Assembly (NCBI GenBank): GCA_963793695.1
Contig: CAWCBB010000009.1
Span: forward strand, 35,463 to 99,462
Reading direction: 5' to 3'
Source of the DNA: an uncultured Acidobacteriota bacterium
GTDB lineage: Bacteria; Acidobacteriota; Thermoanaerobaculia; Gp7-AA8
Length of the DNA stretch: 64,000 bases
Shown: piece by piece, positions 45,987-57,921 of the stretch
How positions within the stretch are numbered: position 1 is the first letter of the stretch
Layout of the letters: each line of letters starts with the position of its first letter
Translations under genes and position numbers: made by a program
The notes under the pieces: model-generated
Database searches by the model: none
What the model saw: only the letters and a program-made list of their open reading frames with translations
What the model was told of the DNA's origin: nothing

Positions 45987-47126
45987 TCATCGGTCCACCT
46001 CGCCCAGCACGATGTCGATGGTCCCGATGAGCGCGACCAGGTCCGAGACCAGGTGACCCTTCGCCATCGCCGGGAGCGCCTGCAGGTTGATGAACGAGGG
46101 CGGCCGGACGTGGATGCGATACGCGTTCTGGCTCTTGCCGTCGGAGACGATGTAGTAGCCGAGCTCCCCTTTGGGCGCCTCCACCGAGTGGTAGATCTCT
46201 CCCTCGGGCGGGCGGATCACGCGGGAGATCTTCGCCTTCAGGTCGCCCTCCGGCGTGTCGGCGATCTTGACGATGCACTGCTCGCAGGATCCGGTTCGAC
46301 TGCCGCATCTCCTCCATCCGGATGAGGTAGCGGTCGTAGGTGTCTCCCTTGCTGCCGAGCGGGATCTCGAAATCGAGCTCCGAGTAGATCTCGTAGGGAT
46401 GCGCCTTCCGGATGTCCCAGTCGACGCCCGAGCCGCGCAGCGGCGGGCCGGTCAGGCCCCACTCGATCGCCTCTTCGGGAGAGATCACGCCGATGCCGAC
46501 CGTGCGGCGCTTCCAGATGCGGTTGTTCGTGAGCAGCGCGGCGTACTCGTCGATGCACGGCTCGAACTTGTCGACGAACGCGGCGAGCTTCCCGAGCCAC
46601 TGCGGCGTGACGTCGTACGGCTGCCCGCCGATCTTCATGCAGTTGAGCGTGAGGCGCGCCCCGCAGTAGTCCTCGAAGAGGTCGAGGATGTCTCTCTCTC
46701 GCGGAACGTGTAGAAGAACGGCGTCATCGCGCCCAGGTCGATCGCGTGCGTGGCGAGCCAGAGAAGGTGGGAGCTGATCCGCTGGAGCTCGGCGAGCATC
46801 ACGCGGATGATCTGCGCGCGGCGCGGGATCTGATCCGCCACCCCCATGAGCTTCTCGACGGCTTCCACGAAACCCATGTTGTTCGTCGCGGAGGCGACGT
46901 AGTCCATCCGGTCCGTGTGCGGCACGCACTGCGGGAAGTTCATGTTCTCGAACAGCTTCTCGGTGCCGCGATGGAGATAGCCGATCACCGGCTTCGCGTC
47001 GATGATCCGCTCGCCGTCGACCTTGAGGATCACGCGCAGAACGCCGTGCGTGGAGGGATGCTGAGGCCCGAAGTTGACCTCCATCTCCCGGATATTGAGC
47101 ATCGTGCTCGATTCCACGGTCGTCAT
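45987..47126 (-). CDS. nuoD: NADH-quinone oxidoreductase subunit D (frameshifted)
   Basis: [37 protein letters not shown]; no NiFe CxxC. Confidence 0.95.
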
Positions 47127-47133
47127 CGCGTCC

Positions 47134-48411
47134 TCAGGGCTTCCCTGCCGCGGTCATCAGCTTGCGGAGCGAGTCCGCCGTCTCGGGATCGCCCGGGACG
47201 CAGAGCTCCACGTCGTTCGTCTCGCCGCTCACCAGGGCTTCCGCGTATCCCTCGCAATCCCACCCGCAGGCGCCGCAGTCGGTCTGCGCCATCGAGGCGA
47301 AGAGCTCGGCCCGGAATCCCTTGCCCTGCGCCATCGCGAGCCGCTCCTCGAGCGTGAGCCCGTCGTCGTGCCACGGGCAGGGCTCGGAGGCGCCGGTGAC
47401 CGGGGCCGCGGCGGCGGGGGCGGGAGTGGGGGCGGGAGTCGCGACGGGCTCGGCCTTCGGCGCCGCCGGAGCGGGCACGGGTTTCGCCGCCGCCGGAGCG
47501 GCGGCGGCAGGCGCGGCGCCGCCCGCCGTGGCTGCAACGAGCTTCTCGATCGTCGCGGTCAGCTGGCGGAGCTGCGCTTCGATCTGGTCCATCCGCTTTT
47601 CGAGGGATTCCATCTGCACCTTCTTCTTCTGCGCGTCCGCGTCGGTTGCCGGCGCCGCGGAGGGTGGAGTCTGCGGCTTCGGAGCGGCGGGCGCGGGAGC
47701 CGCGGCCTTCGGCGGCGCGATCGCCTTTTTCACGGGAGGGGGCGGGCCGGCCGGAGGCGAAACGCCGTACGCTTTCCACTCTCCCCGATAGATGTTGACG
47801 TCGTCCTGGTTCTTGCCGGTCGATCCTTCCTTCGGGCCTCCCCCCTCGGGGAAGACCTCCGGGTAGATCCTCGCTCCGGTGTCGATTCCGCGGATCGGGA
47901 AGTCCTTCCGCAGCGGGTGGCCGTTGAAGCCGTCCCACGTGAGGATTCGCTCGAGGTTCGGATGCCCCTCGAACTCGATTCCGAACATGTCGAACGTCTC
48001 TCTCTCGGGCCAGTTCGCCGTTTTCCAGACCGAGGAGACCGACGGGACCTTCACGCCGTCCGCGACGCGAAGCTTGAGGCGGACGCGGAACTTCCGATCG
48101 AACGAGTAGAGGTGGTAGACCACGCCGAACCGGAGATCGCCGGGTGGTGTGGGGTACGTCGAGTAATCGACGCCCGTGAGATCGACGAGGTAGGAGAAGC
48201 CGTCGCGCTTGAAGCTCTCGCAGACCTCGCGGATTCGGCGGCGCTCGACCAGGAGAGTGATCTCTCCGGCGAACTCGCGGGCTTCGAGGATGGCCGCGCG
48301 GACGGGAGCCACGGCCGCGGCGATTCGCGGATCGGCCGCGATCTCGTCGAGACCGCGCGCCGCCGGGACGCTCGTTTCCCCACTCTTCTGGACTTCCGAC
48401 TGTTCGCTCAT
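47134..48411 (-). CDS. nuoC: NuoC fused to linker, coiled coil and C-terminal four-Cys Fe-S domain
   Basis: [21 protein letters not shown]; tail [17 protein letters not shown]...LCVPG in one uninterrupted ORF. Confidence 0.93.
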   Translation of the reverse strand: MSEQSEVQKSGETSVPAARGLDEIAADPRIAAAVAPVRAAILEAREFAGEITLLVERRRIREVCESFKRDGFSYLVDLTGVDYSTYPTPPGDLRFGVVYHLYSFDRKFRVRLKLRVADGVKVPSVSSVWKTANWPERETFDMFGIEFEGHPNLERILTWDGFNGHPLRKDFPIRGIDTGARIYPEVFPEGGGPKEGSTGKNQDDVNIYRGEWKAYGVSPPAGPPPPVKKAIAPPKAAAPAPAAPKPQTPPSAAPATDADAQKKKVQMESLEKRMDQIEAQLRQLTATIEKLVAATAGGAAPAAAAPAAAKPVPAPAAPKAEPVATPAPTPAPAAAAPVTGASEPCPWHDDGLTLEERLAMAQGKGFRAELFASMAQTDCGACGWDCEGYAEALVSGETNDVELCVPGDPETADSLRKLMTAAGKP

Positions 48412-48478
48412 GGACGATCCGGACCGCGGCGCGAGCTTCGTTGAACTCGAGCCTTCTGGTGCCGCCGGGACGAGGAGG

Positions 48479-49514
48479 CTAGATGCCTTCGATCTCCCGG
48501 CCGGCTTGCTTCATCAGCCTGGCCAGCGCGTCGAGTGTCTCCGACTCGCCAGGCACGCAGAGCGAGACGTCTTTCGTCTCGCCCGTGAAAAGAGCATTCC
48601 CATATCCCTGACAATCCCACCCGCAGGCGCCGCAATCGGTCTGCGCCATCGCTGCGAACAGGCTCGCCTCGAGACCTCCGCCGGAGGCGGCGGCCATCTT
48701 CAACCGCTCTTCGAGCGAGAGGGACTCGTTGTGAAAGTCGAGATTTTCAGAGGCGCCCGTGATTGCGGGAGTGGCCTCGGCGACCGTGGCCGCCGAGGGC
48801 TCGAGAAACCCGGGCACGGGCGCGGGCTCGGGCGCGGGCTCGGGCTCGGCGTCGGTCTGAAGTCTGAGGTCCGCAGGTCTGAAGCCTGAGGTCCGCGGTC
48901 TGAGGTCCAGGCTCGGGAGTCGGCAGCACCAGGGCTGCGGCCTGTTCCGCGCGGAGCGCCGGACCTTCGTGCCCGGGACGGCCGCTGCCGTTGCCGTCGC
49001 GCACCGCCTGGCGCGCGAAGTCGTACGCCTCTCCCCCTTTGCGGAGGACGTGCATCTTGTCGATCTTCTTCTGGAGCTCCATGAGCCCCCAGAGCAGCGC
49101 CTCGGGGCGCGGCGGGCAGCCGGGAACGTAGACGTCGACCGGGATGAGCCGGTCGACCCCCTGGGTCACCGCGTACGTGTCGTACGGCCCTCCGCAGGTC
49201 GCGCAGGAGCCCATCGCGATGACCCACTTGGGCTCCGGCATCTGCTCGTAGAGGCGCTTGATGACCGGCGCCATCTTCTCGGTCACCGTGCCGGCGACGA
49301 TCATCAGATCCGCCTGGCGCGGGGTCGAGCGGAACACCTCGGCGCCGAAGCGCGACATGTCGTGCCGCGGGTCGAGCACGGCCATCATCTCGATGGCGCA
49401 GCAGGCGAGCCCGAACTGCATCGGCCAGAGCGACGACTTGCGCGCCCAGTTGAAAATCCTGTCGACCGATGTCGTGAGAATGTTCGGGTCGAACCGGTTT
49501 TCGATCAGACCCAT
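48479..49514 (-). CDS. nuoB: NuoB, very likely fused to a C-terminal four-Cys Fe-S domain (1-bp insertion at 48875)
   Basis: [22 protein letters not shown]; removing base 48875 joins it to ORF 48479-48817 ([12 protein letters not shown]...LCVPG). Confidence 0.88.
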
Positions 49515-49865
49515 GTGAGAACGTCCCTCTTCCAGGCGTAAAAATAGCCGACCAGCAGAATGCCGATGAAGATCGCCATCTCGATCGCACCGAACCAGCC
49601 GAGCTGCTTGAATCGGATCGCCCACGGAAAAAGGAAGATCGTCTCCACGTCGAAGATGATGAACAGCACAGCGATCAGAAAATAGCGGACCGAGAAGCGC
49701 GTCGACGAAGGCATCCGAGGTGGCCTCGATGCCGCACTCGTACGCCTCGAGCTTGACCTTCGAGGCCCGCGAAGCGCGGATCAGGGGGGTGATGACGAAG
49801 ACCGTGAGGACCGGAAAAGAAAGGACGATCAGCGCGGCAATCAGGATGCTCAGGTAGTTGGCCAT
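49505..49865 (-). CDS. nuoA: NADH-quinone oxidoreductase subunit A (frameshift near 49705)
   Basis: [27 protein letters not shown]. Confidence 0.94.
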
Positions 49866-49889
49866 TCGGTGCCCTCTCGGGCCAGCGCT

Positions 49890-49917
49890 ATTGTAGGGGG
49901 GGACCCACCTTCGTCAA
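49890..49917 (-). promoter_or_regulatory. Sigma-70 promoter of nuo operon
   Basis: TTGACG-16 bp (contains a homopolymer run)-TACAAT, about 25 bp upstream of nuoA. Confidence 0.65.
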
Positions 49918-49919
49918 GG

Positions 49920-51050
49920 TTACTCCATCACGTTCGCAAAGAGACTGCGATCACTTTCGAACGTCCATTCGTCGTGCGAGGCCCCCCTCGCCTGGACCAG
50001 GACGCGCATCTCTTCGCCGATCCCGTCGGGGAGCACCAGCCGGCGCGCCGCCTCCCGCATCGTCGCCAGCTCGACCGCGTCCCGGGCGTCCCCGGCGACC
50101 TCTTCGAGCGGCGCCAGCAGAGGATGGCGGGTGATCCCGATTCTCAGGAGAAACCGCGCCTGACGCTCCAGGAGCAGGGTGCGCCATCCTCTGGCCTCCC
50201 CGGCCGCCTGAAGATCCGTGAAGTTGATGTGGGCCGTCAGATCCTGAGCCCCGGCGTCCGCCAACAGGTCCCGCGTCAGCCGGTGGCGCCGGAAGGCGAC
50301 GGCAGTCCCGTACCGCCGGATCCTCACGTCGAAGAGCTTCTCCTGAGGAAACCCGTAGTCGATCGTCACGATCAGACCGCGGTCGACCCTCGAGGCGAGA
50401 TCGCCGTAGACCCTCCCCCATTCGGGCGTGATGTCGGCGAACTGCCCGGGCTCGAGCGCGAGGCCCCGCTCCGAAAAATAGTCCGCGAGCTCACGGTCAG
50501 CTTCGCGCTCCTCCCACTCGAGGGAGCCACCCTCGCCGGCGCGCACCCAGAGCTCGGAGAGGCCTCCCTCGCGCCGGACGACGCGCGCCACGGGGAACGC
50601 GTCGAAAAGCTCATTGCTGAGCGCAAGGACCGTCCCCGCGAGATCGACCTCGTCGAGAGAACCGACGAAACGAAGCTCCGGATCCGTCGCCAACTCGGGC
50701 CGGAGGCGTCCGAGGCTCCGGTCGACGCCGAAGAAACGGGCGCGGTTCCGGGCCGCTTCCGGCATGTGGTCCCGGATGCCGGCGAGGAGAGTTCCATCGC
50801 CGCATCCAATGTCCACTATCGGGCACAGAGCGTCGCCGGAGCGGTCCAGGAACTCGGTGGCGAGTCGCGAGAGCGCGAACGCGAATGAGGGTGAAAGATC
50901 GACCGAAGTCGCGTAGTCGAGCCCGCTCTTAGGTTGGGCGTAATAGCCGAATTCAGGGTCGTAAAGCGCCAGCTCCATGAATTCGCGAAACGGTATGCTT
51001 CGGCTGCTCAAGCGCTTAGCTACCCATCCCTCGTCGCTACCTGAAGACAT
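49920..51050 (-). CDS. MidA/NDUFAF7-family SAM-dependent methyltransferase
   Basis: FREFMELALYDPEFGYY, DIGCGDG, SNELFDAFP, IDYG, QDLTAHINF. Confidence 0.88.
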   Translation of the reverse strand: MSSGSDEGWVAKRLSSRSIPFREFMELALYDPEFGYYAQPKSGLDYATSVDLSPSFAFALSRLATEFLDRSGDALCPIVDIGCGDGTLLAGIRDHMPEAARNRARFFGVDRSLGRLRPELATDPELRFVGSLDEVDLAGTVLALSNELFDAFPVARVVRREGGLSELWVRAGEGGSLEWEEREADRELADYFSERGLALEPGQFADITPEWGRVYGDLASRVDRGLIVTIDYGFPQEKLFDVRIRRYGTAVAFRRHRLTRDLLADAGAQDLTAHINFTDLQAAGEARGWRTLLLERQARFLLRIGITRHPLLAPLEEVAGDARDAVELATMREAARRLVLPDGIGEEMRVLVQARGASHDEWTFESDRSLFANVME

Positions 51051-51126
51051 GGACGATCTCCCCCAAGCGGGCCGAGCAAAGCCCCGGCCGCGGCGTTTCC
51101 GCCCCTGCCATTGTACCGAATAAGAA

Positions 51127-51142
51127 TGGCACTCCGCGTGCG
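51127..51142 (+). promoter_or_regulatory. Putative sigma-54 promoter
   Basis: TGGCACTCCGCGTGCG. Confidence 0.6.
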
Positions 51143-51233
51143 ATCCGGGAGGGCACGGTCCGACGAAAAAAGCGGATCGGAACCTTGGCCGGGACATCCG
51201 GCTCGGCGGGCCCGAGGGGCCCGGGAGGACGAG

Positions 51234-51887
51234 ATGAAAAAGTATGTCGCAACATTCATGATCGCTGCGATGTCGCTCTTCTCGGCCGCGACGTATGCGG
51301 GCGATCCGGCGACGCGCGATCAGACGCGCAAGGGCGCGGTCATCGGAGCGGTCGCCGGCGGCGTCCTCGGCGCGGTGGTCGGGAACAACCGAGGAAGCGG
51401 CAACGCGAAGAAAGGCGCCCTCATCGGCGCCGTCGCGGGAACGGCCATTGGGGCCGGGATCGGGGCCTACATGGACAAGCAGGAGCGCGAGCTCCGGCAG
51501 ATCGAGGGCGTCGACGTTTACCGCACCGCCGAGGACGAGCTGAACGTGGTCGTCCGCAACGAGGTCCTCTTCGACTTCAACTCCGCGGCGCTCCGCTCGG
51601 CATCGAAGAGCTCCCTGCGGGAGATGGGGGACGTCTTCGAGCGCTACGGCGACACCACGATCGCGGTCGAGGGACACACGGACTCGGTCGGCTCGGACGC
51701 GTACAACCGGCGGCTCTCCCAGAGGCGGGCGAGCTCGGTCGCGAGCTACCTCGAGCAGCTCGGAGTGAGCGGCGGCCGGCTCGACACGATTGCTTATGGC
51801 GAATCGCAGCCGCGCGCCAGCAACTCCTCCTCGAGCGGCCGGCAGCAGAACCGCCGCGTCGAGCTCAAGATCCGCGCGAACGGCTGA
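51234..51887 (+). CDS. OmpA family protein (glycine zipper + OmpA C-terminal domain, YiaD-like)
   Basis: GAVIGAVAGG, YMDKQ, GHTDSVG, LSQRRA, NRRVE. Confidence 0.93.
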   Translation: MKKYVATFMIAAMSLFSAATYAGDPATRDQTRKGAVIGAVAGGVLGAVVGNNRGSGNAKKGALIGAVAGTAIGAGIGAYMDKQERELRQIEGVDVYRTAEDELNVVVRNEVLFDFNSAALRSASKSSLREMGDVFERYGDTTIAVEGHTDSVGSDAYNRRLSQRRASSVASYLEQLGVSGGRLDTIAYGESQPRASNSSSSGRQQNRRVELKIRANG

Positions 51888-51892
51888 CGGCG

Positions 51893-51990
51893 GTCTAGGA
51901 GTCTGGGAGTCTAGGAGTCTAGGAGTCGGTCAAAAGTCGGGAGTCGGGGAAACCCTGGCTCCCGACTTTTCTTCGTCTAAGGAGTCTAGG
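51893..51990. repeat. GTCTAGGA octamer tandem repeats plus terminator-like hairpin
   Basis: gtctagga/gtctggga x4; AAAAGTCGGGAG...CTCCCGACTTTT. Confidence 0.75.
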
Positions 51991-52121
51991 GGTCTTGGGC
52001 GTCTCGGGCGTCCGCGAGAACGGAAAGATCCCGTCATGGCCCCACCAGACGCCCCGGACGGCCTCGACCCCCAACGCCCCAGGGGACCCCCGGGCCTGGA
52101 CTCCCGGGCGCCCGACGGGGC

Positions 52122-52137
52122 TGGCACCCTCCTTGTA
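52122..52137 (+). promoter_or_regulatory. Putative sigma-54 promoter (variant -12)
   Basis: TGGCACCCTCCTTGTA. Confidence 0.5.
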
Positions 52138-52171
52138 ACCTTGATTCTCGGATTACCGTGGAGGATTTGAA

Positions 52172-52810
52172 ATGAAGAAACTCGTTGTATTGACGATCGT
52201 TACGCTGTTCATGGCCGCGTGTATCAGCGCGGACGACCCGAATCGGCGGACGAAACAGGGAACCGCGGTCGGCGCGGCCGCGGGGGCCGCGGCCGGAGCA
52301 GCCATCGGGAACGCCTCCGACAACCCCCGCACCGGCGCGGTCGCGGGGGCGGTCCTGGGCGGAGTGATCGGGGCCGCGGTCGGCCGGCGGATGGACAAGC
52401 AGCAGGCCGAGCTCGAGCAGATCGAGGGAGTCGAGGTTCAGCGCCCGTCCGAGGACACGCTGAACGTGAATCTGCGGAACGAGATCCTGTTCGATTTCGA
52501 CTCCGCGTCGCTTCGCTCCGAGTCGCGCGACACTCTCCGCGAGTTCGCGACGGTGCTTGCGCGCTATCCGGACCAGTCCGTCTCGGTTGCGGGACATACG
52601 GACGCGACGGGAACCGACTCCTACAACCAGACGCTCTCCGAGCAGCGGGCGGCGGCCGTCAAGGACTTCCTGGTCGCCCAGAGTGTCCCCCGCTCTCGGG
52701 TGGCTGCGTTCGGATACGGCGAGACGCGTCCGGTGGCCTCGAATACGACGGCCGAGGGGCGGCAGCTCAACCGGCGGGTTCAGGTCTTCATTCAGGCCGA
52801 TCCCGAATAG
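52172..52810 (+). CDS. OmpA family lipoprotein (paralog)
   Basis: Lipobox MAAC; GHTDATG, LSEQRA, NRRV. Confidence 0.93.
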   Translation: MKKLVVLTIVTLFMAACISADDPNRRTKQGTAVGAAAGAAAGAAIGNASDNPRTGAVAGAVLGGVIGAAVGRRMDKQQAELEQIEGVEVQRPSEDTLNVNLRNEILFDFDSASLRSESRDTLREFATVLARYPDQSVSVAGHTDATGTDSYNQTLSEQRAAAVKDFLVAQSVPRSRVAAFGYGETRPVASNTTAEGRQLNRRVQVFIQADPE

Positions 52811-52833
52811 CGACGACCTCGCGACCCCTGACG

Positions 52834-52862
52834 GAAAAGGCGGCCTTCGGGCCGCCTTTTTC
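52834..52862 (+). terminator. Intrinsic terminator
   Basis: AAAAGGCGGCC-TTCG-GGCCGCCTTTTT. Confidence 0.9.
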
Positions 52863-53028
52863 TCATTCGAAGGAGCGGCTTCCGGGGCTCATTTCCCTCC
52901 CCCCTCGCCCCCACCCCCCCGCCCTGCTACAATCCGCGCGCCGGTCCGCGGTCGAGCATCGCAGGCCGCCAATCTCACCAACTGAAACAATGACGCGCCG
53001 TGCGTCCTGGCGCGTTCCCGGAGGAATC

Positions 53029-55553
<2,525 letters not shown>

Positions 55554-55568
55554 GATTCGTCACCGATC

Positions 55569-55600
55569 CGAAAAGGCGGGCCGCGGGGCTCGCCTTTTCG
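55569..55600 (+). terminator. Intrinsic terminator
   Basis: CGAAAAGGCG...CGCCTTTTCG. Confidence 0.75.
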
Positions 55601-55618
55601 TTCATTCACCGGCAGCAC

Positions 55619-55717
55619 GTAACCTGAGCGAAGCGAAGGCATCTCACGATGCAATGAACGAGATCGTTCGCAACTTGAGATCCTTTGTCGCGGCCTGCGG
55701 CCGCTCCTCAGGATGAC
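55619..55717. repeat. REP-like element (CCTGAGCGAAGCGAAG...CTCAGGATGAC)
   Basis: Related to elements at 9506 and 35553. Confidence 0.7.
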
Positions 55718-55761
55718 GACGGGGTGTCGCGACCCGCACAGGCTCGAATACAATCGGCGCC

Positions 55762-56160
55762 ATGCGCTCGAAGACGATTCACGTCCGAACCTCTTCCCGC
55801 GAGCAGGTCCTGCTCGTGACGGACGAGGTCGACGCGGTGCTTCGCGAGCTGGCTCCCGAGGACGAAGGCATCTGCACGATCGTCACGCCTCACACGACGG
55901 CCGCGCTGACGGTCAACGAGGACGCGGATCCCGACGTCCGCACCGACCTTCTCGCCGCGTTCAAGTCGCTCGTTCCGCGGAACGTCGCGTTCCGTCACGC
56001 CGAAGGAAACTCCGACGCGCATTTTCTCTCGTCCGTCATCGGCGTCTCCCTCCAGGTCCCCTACCGGAAAGGCCGCCTGCTCCTCGGCCGCTGGCAGGGG
56101 ATCTGGTTCGTCGAGCTGGACGGGCCGCGAACGCGGGAGATCGTCGTCCACCTGCCATGA
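55762..56160 (+). CDS. yjbQ: YjbQ family protein (secondary thiamine-phosphate synthase)
   Basis: PHTTAALTVNE, HAEGNSDAH, LGRWQGI, ELDGPR. Confidence 0.92.
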   Translation: MRSKTIHVRTSSREQVLLVTDEVDAVLRELAPEDEGICTIVTPHTTAALTVNEDADPDVRTDLLAAFKSLVPRNVAFRHAEGNSDAHFLSSVIGVSLQVPYRKGRLLLGRWQGIWFVELDGPRTREIVVHLP

Positions 56161-56247
56161 TCCGGCTCCATGGCGGATTCGTTGCATCGAGATCCCCGGA
56201 TCTGAGGTCTCGGGCCCGAGGTCTCACGTCGTGACAGAGGAGGAATC

Positions 56248-56784
56248 ATGAAGAAGCTTCTCATCCCGATTCTCGGACTCCTGTTCGCCGCGGCCTGCGC
56301 GAGCGTCCCTCCGCCGAGCCTGGCGGCGACCGCGCCGCTCGAAGCGAAGAGCGGCTCGAGCGTGAGCGGCATCGTCCGGTTCGAGGAAGTGATGGCGGAG
56401 GGCGTGCCGGCGGTCCGGGTGACGGTCGACGCGACGGGCGTTCCCGCGGGGATCCACGGATTTCACGTTCACGAAAACGGCGACTGCAGCGCCCCGGACG
56501 CGACCTCCGCGGGAGGCCACTTCAATCCGGGGAGCGACCCGCACGGGGCTCCGGGAGCATCGGCGCACCACGCGGGCGACTTCGGCAATGTGGAAGCCAG
56601 CGCCGGGGGCCGCGTGAGCGTCACCTACATCATGCCGCGCGTCACGCTCGGGAGCGGCACGAGCTCGATCGTCGGCAGGGCGGTCGTGCTCCACGCGAAT
56701 CCGGACGACCTCGTCACGCAGCCGACCGGCAACGCCGGCGGCCGCATCGCGTGCGGAGTGATCGCGCTCGGGCCGGTGCAATGA
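56248..56784 (+). CDS. sodC: Cu/Zn superoxide dismutase lipoprotein
   Basis: HGFHVHE, AGGHFNP, HAGDFGN, VVLHA, GGRIACG; lipobox AAAC. Confidence 0.95.
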   Translation: MKKLLIPILGLLFAAACASVPPPSLAATAPLEAKSGSSVSGIVRFEEVMAEGVPAVRVTVDATGVPAGIHGFHVHENGDCSAPDATSAGGHFNPGSDPHGAPGASAHHAGDFGNVEASAGGRVSVTYIMPRVTLGSGTSSIVGRAVVLHANPDDLVTQPTGNAGGRIACGVIALGPVQ

Positions 56785-57275
56785 TGAGAGCGGTCGCGAT
56801 CCCACTTCTGACGCTCGCTCTGCTGGCGCCCGCCTGCGCGGATCGCGCTCCGGCCCCGGCCCCCGCGCCCGCGCCGTCCGTCTCGCCTCAGGGAGGGCTC
56901 TCGATCCTCGTCGATCCGAACCCGATCCTCGCGGTCCCGGCCGGGGGATCGACGTTCGAGTTCCCCTTCACGATCGCGATTCGGGAGACGGGCGGAAGCG
57001 AGGTCACGATCGAGCGCGTCGGCATCGACGTCCTGAGCGTGGGGGGCCTCAAGGTCTACTCCTCGGAGCTCGGCCCGGCGGACATCGAACGGAGGGGCTA
57101 TCGCCGGACCCTCGCGGCCCACGGCGAGGTCCGTTACTCGATGCGTCCAAAGCAACAGGTCCCCGACGAACGGCTGTTCGGGTCGCTGTGGGGAGAGCTC
57201 TGGGCGGAAGGGACCGACGCCGGAGGGCGGAGCGTGTCGACCCGCACGCGCGTGACCCTGCGCCGTGGAGCCTGA
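56781..57275 (+). CDS. Hypothetical lipoprotein
   Basis: ATGA coupling with sodC; LLAPAC lipobox; beta-rich. Confidence 0.75.
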   Translation: MMRAVAIPLLTLALLAPACADRAPAPAPAPAPSVSPQGGLSILVDPNPILAVPAGGSTFEFPFTIAIRETGGSEVTIERVGIDVLSVGGLKVYSSELGPADIERRGYRRTLAAHGEVRYSMRPKQQVPDERLFGSLWGELWAEGTDAGGRSVSTRTRVTLRRGA

Positions 57276-57357
57276 GGGTCTGGGGTCTGGGTCTGGGGTC
57301 CGGGGTCCGGGGTCCGGGGTCTGGGGTCCGGGGTCTGGGGTCTGGGGTCGGGTCTGG
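57276..57357. repeat. GGGTCTG/GGGTCCG heptamer tandem array
   Basis: About 11 imperfect units. Confidence 0.9.
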
Positions 57358-57414
57358 CAATAACGCGCGCCCGACGTCACGTTAGGGTGTGACGAGAACA
57401 CGTCAGGAGGCACC

Positions 57415-57831
57415 ATGTACCCGGAAGAACTGGTTCACCCGATGCGCGAGGAGCTCACGCGCCTCGGCATCGAGGAAACCCGCACCGCCGAAGAGGTCGA
57501 CGCCGTCCTCGGCGAGCGCAAGGGAACGGCGCTGGTCGTCGTCAACTCCGTCTGCGGCTGCGCGGCAGGCAATGCGCGTCCCGCCGTCGCGATGGCCCTT
57601 CGGAACGGCACGAAACCGCAGAAGATGATCACCGTCTTCGCCGGCAACGACAAGGAAGCGACGCAGAAAGCGCGCTCCTACTTCGCCGGCTACCGCCCCT
57701 CCTCCCCCTCGATCGCGCTCCTCCGCGACGGAGACGTCGTCAAGATGTGGGAGCGCCACAACATCGAAGGGCGCGAAGCGGCGGAGATCGCCGACGAGAT
57801 GATGAGCGCGTTCGAGCAGTATTGCGGCTGA
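57415..57831 (+). CDS. BrxA/BrxB family bacilliredoxin
   Basis: MYPEELV.PMR, NSVCGCAAG.ARP, TVFAG, PSSPS, IEGR. Confidence 0.92.
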   Translation: MYPEELVHPMREELTRLGIEETRTAEEVDAVLGERKGTALVVVNSVCGCAAGNARPAVAMALRNGTKPQKMITVFAGNDKEATQKARSYFAGYRPSSPSIALLRDGDVVKMWERHNIEGREAAEIADEMMSAFEQYCG

Positions 57832-57844
57832 TGTCGCGCGATCC

Positions 57845-57921
57845 GTAGGGGCGCGCTGCGCGCGCCCGGACTCTCGTTCCTCGCACCACGTGGATTCCAG
57901 GCGCGCGCAGCGCGCCCCTAC
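57845..57921. repeat. GTAG-type REP doublet
   Basis: GTAGGGGCGCGCTGCGCGCGCCC ... GGGCGCGCGCAGCGCGCCCCTAC. Confidence 0.88.

Noticed and set aside
45987-49514. Group 4 [NiFe]-hydrogenase interpretation
   Set aside because: The large subunit lacks both CxxC motifs and ends GEVDR; the small subunit has the tandem CC of NuoB
48747-49865. Apparent NuoA-NuoB fusion ORF (372 aa)
   Set aside because: A frameshift in nuoA near 49705 moves it into the nuoB frame; the real NuoA C-terminus is in ORF 49505-49714
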